Assembly: GCA_047495785.1 (NCBI GenBank)
Contig: JBLDXI010000029.1
Span: 558,001 to 622,000 of the forward strand
DNA length: 64,000 nucleotides
Reading direction: 5' to 3'
DNA from: Lepidodermella squamata
Lineage: Eukaryota > Animalia > Gastrotricha
Positions 27,001 to 40,000 of the stretch are shown here, piece by piece. Numbering within the stretch: the first letter of the stretch is position 1; every line of letters starts with the position of its first letter. The notes below the pieces were generated by a model. The model saw nothing but the letters and a program-made list of their open reading frames with translations, had not been told where the DNA came from and did not search any database. Both the position numbers and the translations under genes were made by a program.

Positions 27001-29579
27001 ATATTGGCAAATGGAAGTCGCCATCCGTCAACCGCCCGTCGTGGTACAACGGCAGCCAGGCGTAACCAATCGGCGTTTCAAGCGATTGCGACGAAGCATT
27101 CGCAACTGAATTCGACCCTAATGACGTGATTGATTTCTTGTTCTGCTTACAACTGACATGCGAAAACGTGAATAGCAAATGGTGTTGCTCAGTCAACGGG
27201 GCTGGTAGCGCCATTTTAATTTCATCGTAGAAGGACGGTGTTTTCGAGTGGTACGAGACTGAACATAACGCCTCGGCGACCAATTCTGAACTCGACGATT
27301 TGCCGAAAATTAGTGGCAGACTGCAAGATACGTCCGTTCCTGTGCTTTCATTAGCTAACAACTCCACCTTAACCGAAATATTTCGACCATTTCGACTGCT
27401 CAAATTGAGCAGACGAGGGTAGACATACAACAGATTTCGGTATAAAGAATGAGGATGGTAGACGGGTTTCGGCGAAAATTCGAGTAGCTCCTTGATTGGA
27501 ACAGCGTAATCGTCTGAAAACGGGTGCAGTCGATATAGCTCGGGTGTAACGCAGTTCGGAACCTCCGGCGGGCAGGAGCTCAGTTCGAGGTGGAAATTGC
27601 ATGGGAAGGTCTTCAACTTTAACTTGCCCCCGCCCATCGAACCCCGCTGACGCTGCTCGTTGATAGCCCGGTACATATCTTCGTCACTGAGTCGTTCTTC
27701 CTCCTGCCGGTAGAAACTATTAAGGCGGATTGAGACTGTTTCAAAAACAGCCAAATCGATAGATTGGTCTTCCGTGTTTGAATTCGAGGTGTTTATTGAG
27801 CTCATAGATCGGTGGTCGGATGGCAGGCCTTGCATGGGCAGGGCGACGGGCTCTGAGCCGCTGCGGTTGTGGATGGCCCGCATCAGGTTGATCGCCGCCC
27901 AGCCGAGTGGCATGCGGTAGCGGCCGAGGCGTTCGCAGTTCACGTTCACGCCGGGTCGGATGCGTTCGCGAGTTTTGTCGACGTCTTCTCGCGAGTAGAT
28001 ATCAGCGCAATCGGCTACACTCGAGGCTTGAAGCACTTTTTCGAGCTGAAAAAAGAAAGTAAGTTTACTCAAGTAAGCTGATGAAAATGAGCAGTTTAAA
28101 ACAGTTCAAGACATAAAGGTGACCGCGAGTATGCCAACTCAGGCTTTCTGTTTAATGTTGGAAAATACTCCGTGGATACAGAGATGGGGCTTTCTTCGTC
28201 TAGCAACTGTTACATCTAGGGAATTTATGGATCCGCGTGGTTATGGCAGAGCTATCTTCGTCTACGATTGAACAATTCATTCGCAGGGAATTGACCTTTA
28301 TTTACTACTGCAAGCAGAAAGTCATTTCAACGGTAAGAAAATCGGCAGCAGGTTTTACTCGTATTTTTTTTTAATAATAACTCAAAATACCATGACTAAA
28401 AATGAAATACTACAAACACTTACTCTTACGACGATATATAAATCCGCAGTTGGGTATGAGATGCCGAAAATGCAGGCCCTCGCCAGGCTCGACAGATCTT
28501 GCGTAGTCGACAAAAACCGCGACAACATCGACTTTTGTTCGGGCGTATTTAGGTCGAAATAGAAATTCTCGGAGACTTTCTTCCGCTCGCGAACATCATA
28601 CAGAGCTAGCGTTGCGAACAACGGTTCAACGTCCAAATCGCTTTTCAACGCGATACATCTCGCCAGAACTCGATGGCCCGTATATTCCATGGGCGGTTCG
28701 AAAAACGGTCTTCTCTCAAAAATATGACGCTGAAAAAAATATAAGGAAAAATTAGATTTCAAGAAAATTTTCAACTTCTTTCAATTTAGAATTTTTCAGT
28801 CAAATCAATCAATTTTTCCGATTTTGAAAAATAACAAAGTTTGTACCGATGCAGGGTCGGGATAGAGCGAGAAAATACTGTTTTGCCTTGCAAATAACAC
28901 ATTAGAAGCGGCTAAATCGTCTTTAAAATCCTCGGCATTGTGAAGATTAGTGCGGAATACAGACGGTAGAACGCTGTCAGGCTGGTGCGTATACAAATCG
29001 CGAATCGATGTCGGTTCGATATCACACGCTTTCGTCTCCGGCTTGTCGGCTTCAAATTCGACCGGACCGCCAACTTGCTCCGACGACGCATAGCCAGGAA
29101 ATTTGTAACCGTTGTCAATATAACTGAAATTAGAAGAATTTTTAAAGAATTCTTCCATTTTAACGAAATTAGAAAAGAAAATGATAAACAATAATTTTTT
29201 CCATCCCAGAAAAATCATTATTTGAGAGATTTGTTTCACAAAAATTCGCTACTCCATCATATTCCCAGAAAATTTGTAAATTTAAACCATAAAATTGCTC
29301 TTACTTTCGTTTGAAAATCACAAAATCTGATAGGTAGGTTTTGACGCAGTCGCGAATGTGAGAAACTTCCATGGCCAAGGCGTTCGGCATGACCGGTTGC
29401 AGTGTCCGGCATGGTCGGGCGATTTTCACGACGCTGACATCATCGGGTGGGAATTGCAGCAAGCGGCGCTGCGGGTCGGCCTGAAATTCGGGCGCGTGCT
29501 CGTACACGAAATCTTCGTAATCGACCGGATCGGCGACGTCGACGACTGACGGCTGAAACGGACTAGCACCATGGGACAT
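15038..29579 (-). CDS. DOCK7: Dedicator of cytokinesis, DOCK-C (DOCK6/7/8; Zir-like) GEF, 11 exons, about 1976 aa (29579-29305, 29123-28847, 28729-28424, 28045-26795, 26163-24766, 23144-21624, 19064-18930, 16534-16445, 16388-16298, 15841-15579, 15361-15038)
   Basis: [30 protein letters not shown]1 YRNLLYVYP and [15 protein letters not shown]2 [58 protein letters not shown]. Exon lengths sum to 5931 nt, a multiple of 3. The symbol stands for the DOCK6/7/8 co-ortholog. Confidence 0.93.
17154..18691 (+). CDS. Secreted coiled-coil plus C-type lectin domain protein nested antisense in DOCK intron 7 (exons 17154-17530, 17713-17850, 17908-18110, 18168-18317, 18432-18691)
   Basis: Signal peptide [12 protein letters not shown], a heptad-rich neck, then CTLD SCYYF...TWPEAKSFC...[10 protein letters not shown]...FWLDG...NWLEGQPN...C...[16 protein letters not shown]. 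All five exons are in phase. Confidence 0.85.
19400..19545 (+). mobile_element. Small LINE reverse-transcriptase fragment
   Basis: [16 protein letters not shown] (from 19423) matches the non-LTR RT motif D..KAFD.(V/I)WH..L. A frameshifted RRTFLVK follows. Confidence 0.55.
19690..21250 (+). mobile_element. Degenerate DNA transposon remnant: OTU-like protease segment followed by a P-element/THAP9-type transposase segment
   Basis: [21 protein letters not shown]...[12 protein letters not shown] is OTU-like (19796-20083). [16 protein letters not shown]...WFDVLN (about 20650-20800) matches the P-element KM.V..A.Q.FS..VA / WFD..N region. Many stops and frameshifts; boundaries approximate. Confidence 0.6.
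23380..24310 (+). mobile_element. Retrotransposon gag/ORF1 remnant with two CCHC zinc knuckles in DOCK intron 5
   Basis: [14 protein letters not shown]-x5[14 protein letters not shown] (23407-23505) is Cx2Cx4Hx4C twice, followed by broken basic and acidic ORFs. Confidence 0.6.
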
Positions 29580-30193
29580 AAGGGAGATACGTTGAGCGAA
29601 TAATGGTATAAATTAACCAAAAAATGGGGTCTAAAATTTTGTAGAAAATGAAGTTTAAAAAGTCAACACAACTCGTTATCTCGCTCGAAAAATTACAGAA
29701 AAATCACAATTAGAAACGAGGCTGAATTCAATTTAATATAATTTATCTATTTTTCGTAAAGATTTAGCCTCGGATCAAACGATTTTTTCAAATTTTAACA
29801 GCGAGTTTTCGACATTTCCCTCGTTTTGATAGAACATCGTAATTTTATTTAATTTTTTTCCTCACGTATTGAGCCAGGGTAAAACAATAAGTCTGTCACA
29901 ACATACGCCTGTAATCGATAATAATAATAATAATAATACGTCTACTATTATTATTATAATTATCCATTAATTACATAATAATATTTTATCTGTTAAGCTT
30001 ACGACGTTTCAAGTTATCATATCATGAAGTATAAAGAAATGAAGTGTGAAACAACTTGAAGTAAATTTTTTTGAAGTAATAATAGCGGGATCAATCGAGT
30101 GTTAATCCATCCGTATAGTTGTTGTTTTTCATGAAGCTACAGACACAAGCAAGAGACATGGCCATCCAACACGCAAACATTTTACACATTTAA

Positions 30194-30787
30194 TCAAGCG
30201 TACATAGTTATTTCCACGCTCGGCTTGATGTTTTTAGGGATAAATAACAAATCACGGAAATACGCGCCCAACTCGTCGATGTTCAAATCGTCGATTTCAG
30301 CGGCGGCGTTCGAAGCAACAGGTGGTTGTTGCGCATCGGCTTGGTTTGAAGAGGACGGGGAAGATGGAGATGAGGGAGATAACGAGGAGGAGGGTTCAGA
30401 TTTCGCCATTTTCAACGCCTGCAAAGCACAAGGCAGCATGCGATCGGCCGGATTTTGAACTGAACCGCAGGCTGAACTCGATTTTTCAGGCGGTAGGAGT
30501 AGCGAGGCTGTTTTCGGCGGGTCGGATAACCGCCCCACTGCCCGGATAGCACCCTGTTTTCGGCTCGAAGACTTCTTTAGACTGGTCGTCTGAAATGAGT
30601 ACGAATGGCGACGAGTTCGCGCCGAATGACAACTGTGAGGCTTTGAATTGACTTTGATTGCGCTCATTTTACTGCAAATCCCATCGAGGTCAACCGGCGT
30701 AACCGCGGGTTGACTGGTTTTTGTGACGGCTGCCACAACTTCGGTAGCATCTGGCACAGAGGAAGAACTTGCCGATGGAAGTTCCAT
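30194..30787 (-). CDS. OSER1: Oxidative stress-responsive serine-rich protein 1
   Basis: Ser-rich ORF ending DDLNIDELGAYFRDLLFIPKNIKPSVEITMYA, matching the OSER1 C-terminal signature DDVTIDDLSGY.E..LYIPKKMS.MAEMMYT. Confidence 0.8.
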   Translation of the reverse strand: MELPSASSSSVPDATEVVAAVTKTSQPAVTPVDLDGICSKMSAIKVNSKPHSCHSARTRRHSYSFQTTSLKKSSSRKQGAIRAVGRLSDPPKTASLLLPPEKSSSACGSVQNPADRMLPCALQALKMAKSEPSSSLSPSSPSSPSSSNQADAQQPPVASNAAAEIDDLNIDELGAYFRDLLFIPKNIKPSVEITMYA

Positions 30788-31018
30788 CGCAGTTTAACGA
30801 GAAAAACCCAAACAAATAAATGCACACCTAAAATAATCAGATAAAATTCATTAAAATTTCATTGCAATTATAAGAAATCGTGATGAGCAAATAAAACCAC
30901 ACTGAGCAGGTTAATACGAGAAATTGCCCATGTCAAAGATTCCAGGCAAATTCCGAAGATGCAACGTAGAGATTAAACGCGGATAATCTGTTCATTATTC
31001 GACTATTTGTAGGTTTGA

Positions 31019-34000
31019 TCAATCACATGAGCAGCTAAAAATGTAATCAGACTGCAACATTATCATCGTTTTTAACGACTGATTTTGAATTGAAATCGCT
31101 TTAATACAGCCCGTAGAAGCGGCACTGATCGGGAAACGTAGCGTCGAGTTTCTAGCCGATCGAGTTGATCCAATAACGACTGAATCGACGTTTATCTGCG
31201 TTTTGCGCTGATGCTGGCTACCCCGTGTTTCCGTTTCAGCATGAAAAACTGCAGTTTTGTTTTGAACCGATAGACCGAAACTGGCATTTCGCTGCCAGAA
31301 TCGCACAACAATCCAAGCTTTCGACGGCAACGGCTCCGCAGTCGCTAGAGCGAAAGGTCCTGACCCAAAGTCAATGGTACAATAAAGCTTTCCAGAGCTC
31401 AGATAAAATGAAACAAAATCCGAGAAGCGAGATGAATAGAGGGTCAACAAGACGCCGGTTTGATTGTCGGTCACTTGACGGAATGAAAATTCTAAGGCGG
31501 GCGAATTCGCAATTCCTCGAATGGACGTTGTAGATAGCCGATAGATCGCAAACGACTTCTCATCGAGAAATATTTCATTAAACGAAGCTAAAACACAAAA
31601 AGGACAAGGTTAATCCATGAAATAGAACCACATGCATTGAGCAAAGAGATTGAAAAAAATTCAGATCTGTTTTTGGCTGTAAATTCGAGACCCGTTGACT
31701 AAAATAGATCGAGCATGCTTAGCCAGCTGGGAGGCCAAAGCTGCTTTGTCCAAGTTCAAATCTTTGAAAAATGGAAATAGTTCCTCGATCGGCCAGTTTG
31801 GTTTCTCACGAAAAAGCATTTCTAGCCTTCGTTCAAATTGCTCGGGCAGTAAAAATCGATCTATAAACCAAATCATTGCTGAGGAGTCGACGTTTTTTGA
31901 TGAAGTTTTTGCATTCGTTGCATTCTCAACCACGGCAACGCCTTCCAGATCAGACAACTTAGGGGTGAGGCCATGAGGGGCGGCTTGGTGCCACGATTCC
32001 AAAAACTCGGAGAGGCGAAATTTGGTTCCAGAACGAAGAATCATTTCTCCTATCAGTCGGCAAAGCTTACTGCCATCCCAAGCAACCGTTGCGGGAATGT
32101 TTTCGTAATCATCGCCGAGCCAAACAGGATTCGTTGGGGAAAAGAAAAGCAGTACATGTAGCAACACTGACCTAGGATACAAAGAAGCCAGCTGGTCGCA
32201 AACTTCGCCGGTTGGAATTTTATCCCAGGTCCAGGAGTTTTCCAAGCAAAGTTGAACGATATGTAACACGATTTCCGAGCAGAAGTCAAAGTCTAAGATT
32301 CGGACTTTCCCGCGCAAAATAAATGCACCAAATTCTGCGAGGCAAGAAGTAACTTCCTGATGGCTAGCTTGAACAGATTTGACAATTTCATTTAACGAAT
32401 ACAAAATCTTGCCATCAATCATGCGTTTTTCTTCAATTTCGCCTTTGTACAGCGAGTCTCCAAGTAACTTGTAGACTTGGCTCAATTTCGGAGTACAAGC
32501 AGCCAGTTCGAAATAGTTGTGAGTCAAATACTTAACATCGGCAGTTGAGATCAGAAAATCATCTGAAGTAGGGTTACCCTCGGCGTTCGTAGCGGGTATT
32601 GTGAGACTTGAGGAAATGAAAAGCAGGGTATTTGACGTTTCGGCCTCTTTAACTTCGTAGGATGCATTTTCGCTACAAAGAACGGCTATTTCTTCAGGCC
32701 CGCCCTTCAAATGGAGATCATTCCCAGATTCTAGTTTGCTGAGAACAGCAGCGTCCACTTCGATAAACTTGACACCGCAGGTCTCAGAAATGTCGCTACC
32801 AAAGGACAGCTTATAGGCGACAGAATGAAAGTCTTCCACTGGAAGTTTGGCATCTGCCAAAACCGAACACACGGTGTTCATAGATGCTTAAAGTCTAGCG
32901 GAAAAGGATTAGAGCTAAGAAAAACAGCCTTAACAAAGCGGGTGGCGCTATTCCGTCAATTAGTCTCGGACGCAAAAGTACACGCCAAGAACCCTATGGT
33001 TGAAAATACCTCAAGAAAAGCCTGGAGGTTAACAAAAACAACGACGAAGGGTGGTTGTGATTGAAAATCAACTGTCAGTTTCAGTAGGTTGAGCTATGCA
33101 AAATTTCGCAGCTAGGTTTCGATCACAGCCACCAAACACCATGAGATGAAGAAAATCCGTGAGGTCTCGGAAGAACTTCGAACGTTTTTGTGATTTATTT
33201 GATTTTTTTCTGCCTTATTTTATTCCCTGGAATCACGTTGTCACCCTTTATTTTGATGTTTTGCTCAATTTGTAAACAATTGTGCAACAATAGTAATCAG
33301 ACTAGAATATTTGATTAAAATTCACTATTGCCTTCCTATTTCTCAAAATAGCAAGGTCAATTGGCCTCCCAACGCCGCGTCTTTTTTCGTCAACGCTGGA
33401 GTCCGGGCATTTGACGAGATGGGTTGCCAAACTAAGAACTCTTTCAATTTTGGGCGGCGCCCAAATGACACTTGTTGATTTTGCACCATCTAAACTGCAG
33501 TTCTTTGCAATAATTTGTCCCATACAACCATATTGGCTCCTTAGTTTTCTTCCGCCTTAATGATCTCATCTCGATCTTACAGCTTGATACGTTTATGTAA
33601 TGATCAAGTGATAGCCGATATTCTAAGTGATATTCTAAGCTTGTATTTTTTGTATTGTATTGTATTTTTGTTACATTAGATGCCGAGAGCTTATTTATGT
33701 CTGTTAATATCAACATTCGTACTTCATGAAGCTGAATTAGCGAATACTAATGTAAAGTGTGGGCCGAATAGTGAGTGCAGCTGTGACTGGATAACCGGCA
33801 TGGTCGACTGCCATGGTGCGGGCTTAACTGCTTCTAGTTTGGATATGATACCGAATAATGCCTCTCAGCTAGTCCTGGACGATAATACATTCCCGACTTT
33901 TAACATATCTCAATTCTCGCGATTCGCAAATTTAACAAGGCTCTACATCCGTCACAGTCATGTGGAAGAAATAGTCGAACCTACCAATGGGGATTTCATT

Positions 34001-37000
34001 CCCAATTTGGATACGCTTGATTTAAGCCACAATGTCATCAAAGAAATCAAGGCTAAGAAGTTCATAACCAATGCGCTCAGATACCTGCTTCTTGCGGACA
34101 ACATGATTTCAAAGATATCACCTGACGCATTAGCTGCCTTGGCTACGTCTGTAACTCAGCTTGACCTTTCTGATAACAAATTGGAGTCATTTCCTCGAAT
34201 CGACGGGCAATTCCAATCTAATTTAGCAAGCTTAAATTTATCGGGAAACGCGTTAGCTATCTATTTGGATAACATTACACTGGCTGAAAACTTCTTCCAC
34301 CGGTTGCGTCAAGTTCGCATTTTGGATTTATCCAGAAACAAGATTAAAGAGCTTCATCACTATTTATTAGCCGACATGACTGTCCTAACGTCGTTGTATC
34401 TTCACCATAACGATATCGAGGATCTCGATCAGATTAGCTTGAGAAGTGACGAACACAAAATGGTAACCTTCAATCATTGGGGTCAAGATTCTCCGATTTT
34501 TTGGTTCCCGCATGGATTGTTCGCTCTCAACTACATTGATCTATCTTACAACAAAATATCCAAGTTGGATATTAAGATTTTCAGCATTGATAATTTGCCT
34601 GGTAAGAGAATTTTATATTTTCATATTACCCACATCATTATTTTGGCTTTAGTGCTCAAAACGATTGACTTGGCCTTCAATAATTTCACATGCGATGCAG
34701 AGACCTACATGTTTTTCGAGGCCTACGTAAATGTTCAAACGAAAAGCGCACATTGCCACAAAAATAAGAGCGAAACCTGCATTTCCTTCCCGTCGAACTC
34801 CTTCCCTAAGGACTTCATAATTCGTAATATTCATAGCCGTGATGTAACTGCAGGCTATACCTGTAAATATCCTGAAAATCTACGCGGCGTTCACGTCCTT
34901 GATTTTGAATGTTCTGGTCAGTGCCGGCATGACTACATCAAACTTCTACCGCAATATCAAAATTGGAAACAAGATCAGGAAATCATGCACACAGAAATAC
35001 CCATGAGCACTGGTTTTTCGGTTTCAATTACCCTAGCCGTGTTAACAGTTGTGTGCCTTTCTACGCTGGTTGTTTGCTATAAGCTTGATCTGTGGCGCCG
35101 TATCACTGGTCAAATGCGATATGTTCAAGTTAGACGGAACTTGTTGCAACTTGAGGGTGGTGATGATGCAGTGATATAATGCTTCACATCTGTCATACTT
35201 TTTCCACTTGCTTTCCGAATCTTCCGATCCTTATAAAGGACAAAACAAAAACACAAAATTTTGATGACCTCTTCAAAGTTTACAGTCTCGGTGATTGAGC
35301 TGTTAACTGACAACAGCCTTGTGTTGTGTTGCGTCTTAAAAATGAAAGTCTAAACACGCTGTAGTTGTGTTTTGTATAGAATGATGATTGATGGGCGCCG
35401 CTCATCTAATGAGTCAAGCTGAAGAGGCGTTGCTATAACAATACGTATATTGTGCCATTTCATGGATTAAGCGAGACAATAATGCGGTTATTTTGCACTT
35501 CTTTTGTTTACACAAAATGAGAAGCTCATTTGCGTTTATATCTCTTGGAGACAACACAATCTCGCGTCTTTATTGCAGCTAATTAAACTCTAATTACTTT
35601 TGTTTTGTTTCAGCTATACCTTACTCACGTTTCCGCATATTATGCTATATATTTGATTATTATTTTATCTACATAAATTTTATATCTTTACACGCTGTAA
35701 ATTATTGCTACAAAAGCTACATCTATGTCATTTATCTGTTTTCATGATGCGATTAGAAGGTAAAAAAAGCTCAGAGACAAGTAAATTCATTGGAGTCTAC
35801 ATTTTTGTACTTTTTTTAGACTTTTCATCAAAAGAAATGAATAATTAACGTCGTAGGCATCGCTTCTAATCGATTGCCGCGCAGTGTGCCTTCATATTGC
35901 TGTGCAATTACGTCCAAGCTTTGTCAACTAACTCGATGGAAATGCGGCTGAGCCACAGCTCAACGCGAACGTGCTGCTTACTGCTGTTTATTTACCTCGT
36001 TTCCGCGCAAACAGATGAACAGACCGAGTCTACGACGTCGAAAACATCCGGTGGCGACGCTCCTTCCTCGCCAAAGCCGAGAAGCTCGAAATTCAACTGC
36101 ACAGAAAAGAACGAAGCGATATACGCGGAAGACCGGGATGACACGCCTTATCTAGTTGTCGATTGTTCCGGTCTTGGTATCGGCGACTCGCAGATCGAAA
36201 ACGTGTTGAAACGCGTGAATACGAAAGTAATCGCGCTAAGATTGAGCAAGAACTACATCGAGAATCTAAATCTAGCCTTGTTCACGAAATTCAGACTTCT
36301 CGAAGTTCTCGACGTTTCACACAATTTGATAACCAAAATTGTCGGTTCGCAAAGTGATTTTCCGCCTAATCTCGCTGTATTAGATTACACTGATAACAAA
36401 TTGGACTTTTTCAATGCGAAAATGGTTCCGGCGAAGATTCGCAAGCTATACGTATCGAAAAATTGGCTCGAGTCAATCGCGAATGACACTTTTGATGAGG
36501 ATTCCGGCGCTCACCTTGAAGTTCTCGACCTTTCTAGCAATCGTCTGAAACACATCGTTGATGTTGACAATGGCGTGTTGCAAACGCCCAAGTTGCGAAT
36601 GTTGAACCTATCTGGCAACTCCCTTAGCACCTTTTTCGAGAATGAACGCAGAAATATGGTGGTTCTCTCGAAACTCGAAAACCTCGAGGTATTAGACTTG
36701 TCCCACAACGATTTAAACCGCATTTTCGCCGGCGATTTGCAATTTCTCAGCAAGCTGAAGTATCTGAACTTGAGTTGGAACGATTTCCCAGACATTGACG
36801 CGTTTTCCTTCAATTCGTTGATGTTGAAGAAGAACGGCCATCCGTACATGTGGCAACATTGGGCATATCGTTGGTGGTTGCTACCCGGGCAGGGTTTGCG
36901 GAGTCTACGAAATCTCGACATGAGTAATAACCACATTCGATCGATTGATCTCAACATTTTACATGAGTTGGCCAAACTCGAATCAGTTGATCTCTCTGAT

Positions 37001-40000
37001 AATTGGTTCAACTGTGATGGTGAGCTGTACTTCGTGACAACAATCATGAAACAGCACTTGTTCGTCAATTCGACATTCCTACATTTGAACGAGCCTCATC
37101 GCTATACGTGCCACACACCACTGGACTTGGGCGGTTCGCATATATACGAATTCAACTGTACCGCCTATTGCCTACAGTTGTACAACGATGTGAAACAACG
37201 ATGGGACATGCAACGCGGCTTCGTCCCGGCCCCTGATCCCGATGAAGATCTTACAGGACCTGGTAGGTAGAATTTTCAATTCTTAATCTAATTACATTTT
37301 CTAAATTTAATTTGTGAAATACGAGAACTGTTTGGAAGACGAAACAAAACAAAACCGTGAACAAAACACGGAAGCCGAGTAAAATGACGTTTGGATAGGA
37401 GTTTTAAATTTCTTCCTATCTGAGCCTAAAAAGCTTAACAGCCTATCTAACGTGATTCCAATAACCATAGATTAATCTAAGCATTTCCAGTGTCGCTAGC
37501 TCAACTGATCTCAATTGATTGCAGCCGTTTTTTTTGCTGTTTTGACTATAAAAATATATCTTTATAAAGTTACGGAGATTTTGCCTGTGAAAGTCTTCGG
37601 GTTCTAATGCATTATAAGACTTATTTTCTCAGAATTACCTATTGTTTGCTTTGTTTCCCAGGCATCGCCATGATCATTGGTGCGACGATTTTCCTACTAT
37701 TCAGCCTTCTCGTATTCCTATGGGCGCTTCGGAACGGCCTTATTCACCGCTGTTGCCACGTGTGTCTAACTAAACTGTCGACTAACCCGCCGGAGCGGTA
37801 TCGCAACCCGCGGCGGTCTGGCAATCCCAACAGCATGACAGCCAGATTTGCACAGTTGGACCAACTTGAAGCTGAAACCGAAGTGGCCTAATATCAACGA
37901 AATCTCACGACTCAATACTTAATCTCTGTGATCTCGCTCTCCACTTACTCTCGAGGCGAAAACTAGAAGTAACGAAGAAAGCTAAAGCTTAAGCAACACG
38001 AGCATTTCCGTAATTTTTGTATATTATTCTGATTGTGTTCTCCATTCCCGATCTCTTATTTCTGCAATACTGATCGATAAAGCGCCAATTTTATAAGGCA
38101 ACATCACGCTTGGTTTTGATTTTGATGGTGACCCTTCTGTTAATTGTTTCACTAAACGAGTGAAATTGAACGAATCTATACATACTTACACTTTTTTACG
38201 ATATGAAACTGCTATTACCGTTCATGTATTCGTCAAATCAATAGATTGTTGAGCCTTTCACGCCTGTTTTTTTCAAACTTATAGTCTTGAGATAATGCTG
38301 CGGTTTCAACGCCCTCTCATTACTCGTGAATAACGGGGCTTTATTGAATATATTTGCCTAGTTTTATATCATTAGAAGATATATTTATGATTAATCGATG
38401 ATTAAAAAGTAAAATTTTGAGTTGAAAAATGTGTTTACCTGAGTATTCAAAAGGACAAATACAGGTACGAGCTGGATGTGCAGATTTTGCTGGAAGCATC
38501 TCGCAGACTGAGCCATCAGAACATGGGATAGAATCGCATTCTGTAAGTTGACAGTGGCGACCGCTATAGCCATGTAGACACGAGCAAGAGGAATTGCTTT
38601 TATCATTTCCACTCTCAATGTTGGTGCTGCATTGGCCTGTTTTGAAGCAGGACCAATCTGTGAAACACAATAAAATAAGAGTGATCGAATTAAAGTTTCG
38701 ATCGCTTACTAAAGCAAGATGAAGCTACTTCCGAGTGCGGGATCGAACACGGATAAACATTCCTCATTTCGATCGCATCATTCACAATGTCGAATTCCCT
38801 ACTACCCATTGTCAGCGATAGAACGCAGAGATCAGAATTTGAACCATCGTTAACGTTGTAATTTCCTGTATGCAGCAAGGTATAATAATTATCGCCATGG
38901 AGCTAAAGCTTACCTATAAATATCGTCCATGTCCCTGGCCTGATCAAAATACTCGCGTGTTGAAGGCGGTAGCAAGCGTGATTTTTAAGAAAATCTGTAA
39001 TTATACACAAGCGAGATCCATTCTGCCAGACTGATATCATTTTTACGATGACGCTCTCTTCGCTCGAGCTTAAGTGTTTCTCGTTCAGATGTTCGTCTAT
39101 CATCACTGTGTTGTTCAGGAGATCTAAACCTGAATAGCTGCTTGCGTACAAGATCAAAGAGCCATTTTGAATCCTGGAGATTCGCAAAATGGAACTTCCT
39201 GATACGGCGGTGAGCAGAGTTGCTGATTTCGACTTGGGCAGGTAGTAAAAAGTTAGCCTCAGCTGTGAAAACTCTTGGGAGGTGACGTTATGAAAAAATA
39301 TTAATCGCCCATTACTAGGAACTCGGAGGGCTTCGGTACTAATTGGCACCTCGCAAGAACTTCCCGTAAAGTTAGCTAAGCAAAGGCAATACGGGATGCT
39401 TCCAGGCGTTTCTTCCTCCGATACACAGGTTCCGCCGTTTTCGCAAGATATGCCGTGCGCAACGCATGGATCTGTTTTGTCGCAATGATCGCCGACCCAA
39501 GACGGCAAGCATTTGCACTTAACACCTCCGTCATCCAAGGGTGAACACATCCCCATAACACATGGATTCTTATCCATGCATGAGTTTTTACTGGAAACTG
39601 TCGTAGTTGCGTCCTCGTCAGGATATTCGCAGAACGCACCTTTAAAGCCGGGTCGACAGATGCATTTTGCAGCGTTAAATCCGGATATCTCCTGGCAATC
39701 GCCGCCATTACGACATGGATTAGGAATGCAGGTTTCGCCCTTGACTTTCTCACAGAAAGCGCCAAATCTGTCGTCAGGGCATATGCAGTAAACACCGAAT
39801 TCGTCACCGTAACATTTGCCGCCGTCATGACATGGGTTAGGCGAACAGCTCAAAATTCGACTTTCACATCGTTCTCCAGTATATGGGGCCTCGCATAGGC
39901 AGCTCCGTTTATACGATGATCTTGACACCGAGTTCTCCTCCGCCGTTAGTACGCAAAGGCCTTTATTTTCGCAGAAAAACTCATTTGTGATCGGGCATTT

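Noticed and set aside
29918-29960. (TAA)n/(TAT)n inverted repeat hairpin downstream of OSER1
   Set aside because: Low-complexity microsatellite with no evidence of a structured RNA.
33302-33716. Short minus-strand ORFs as the missing EGF micro-exon or a separate gene
   Set aside because: No phase-compatible exon supplying the sixth EGF Cys and no recognisable motif.
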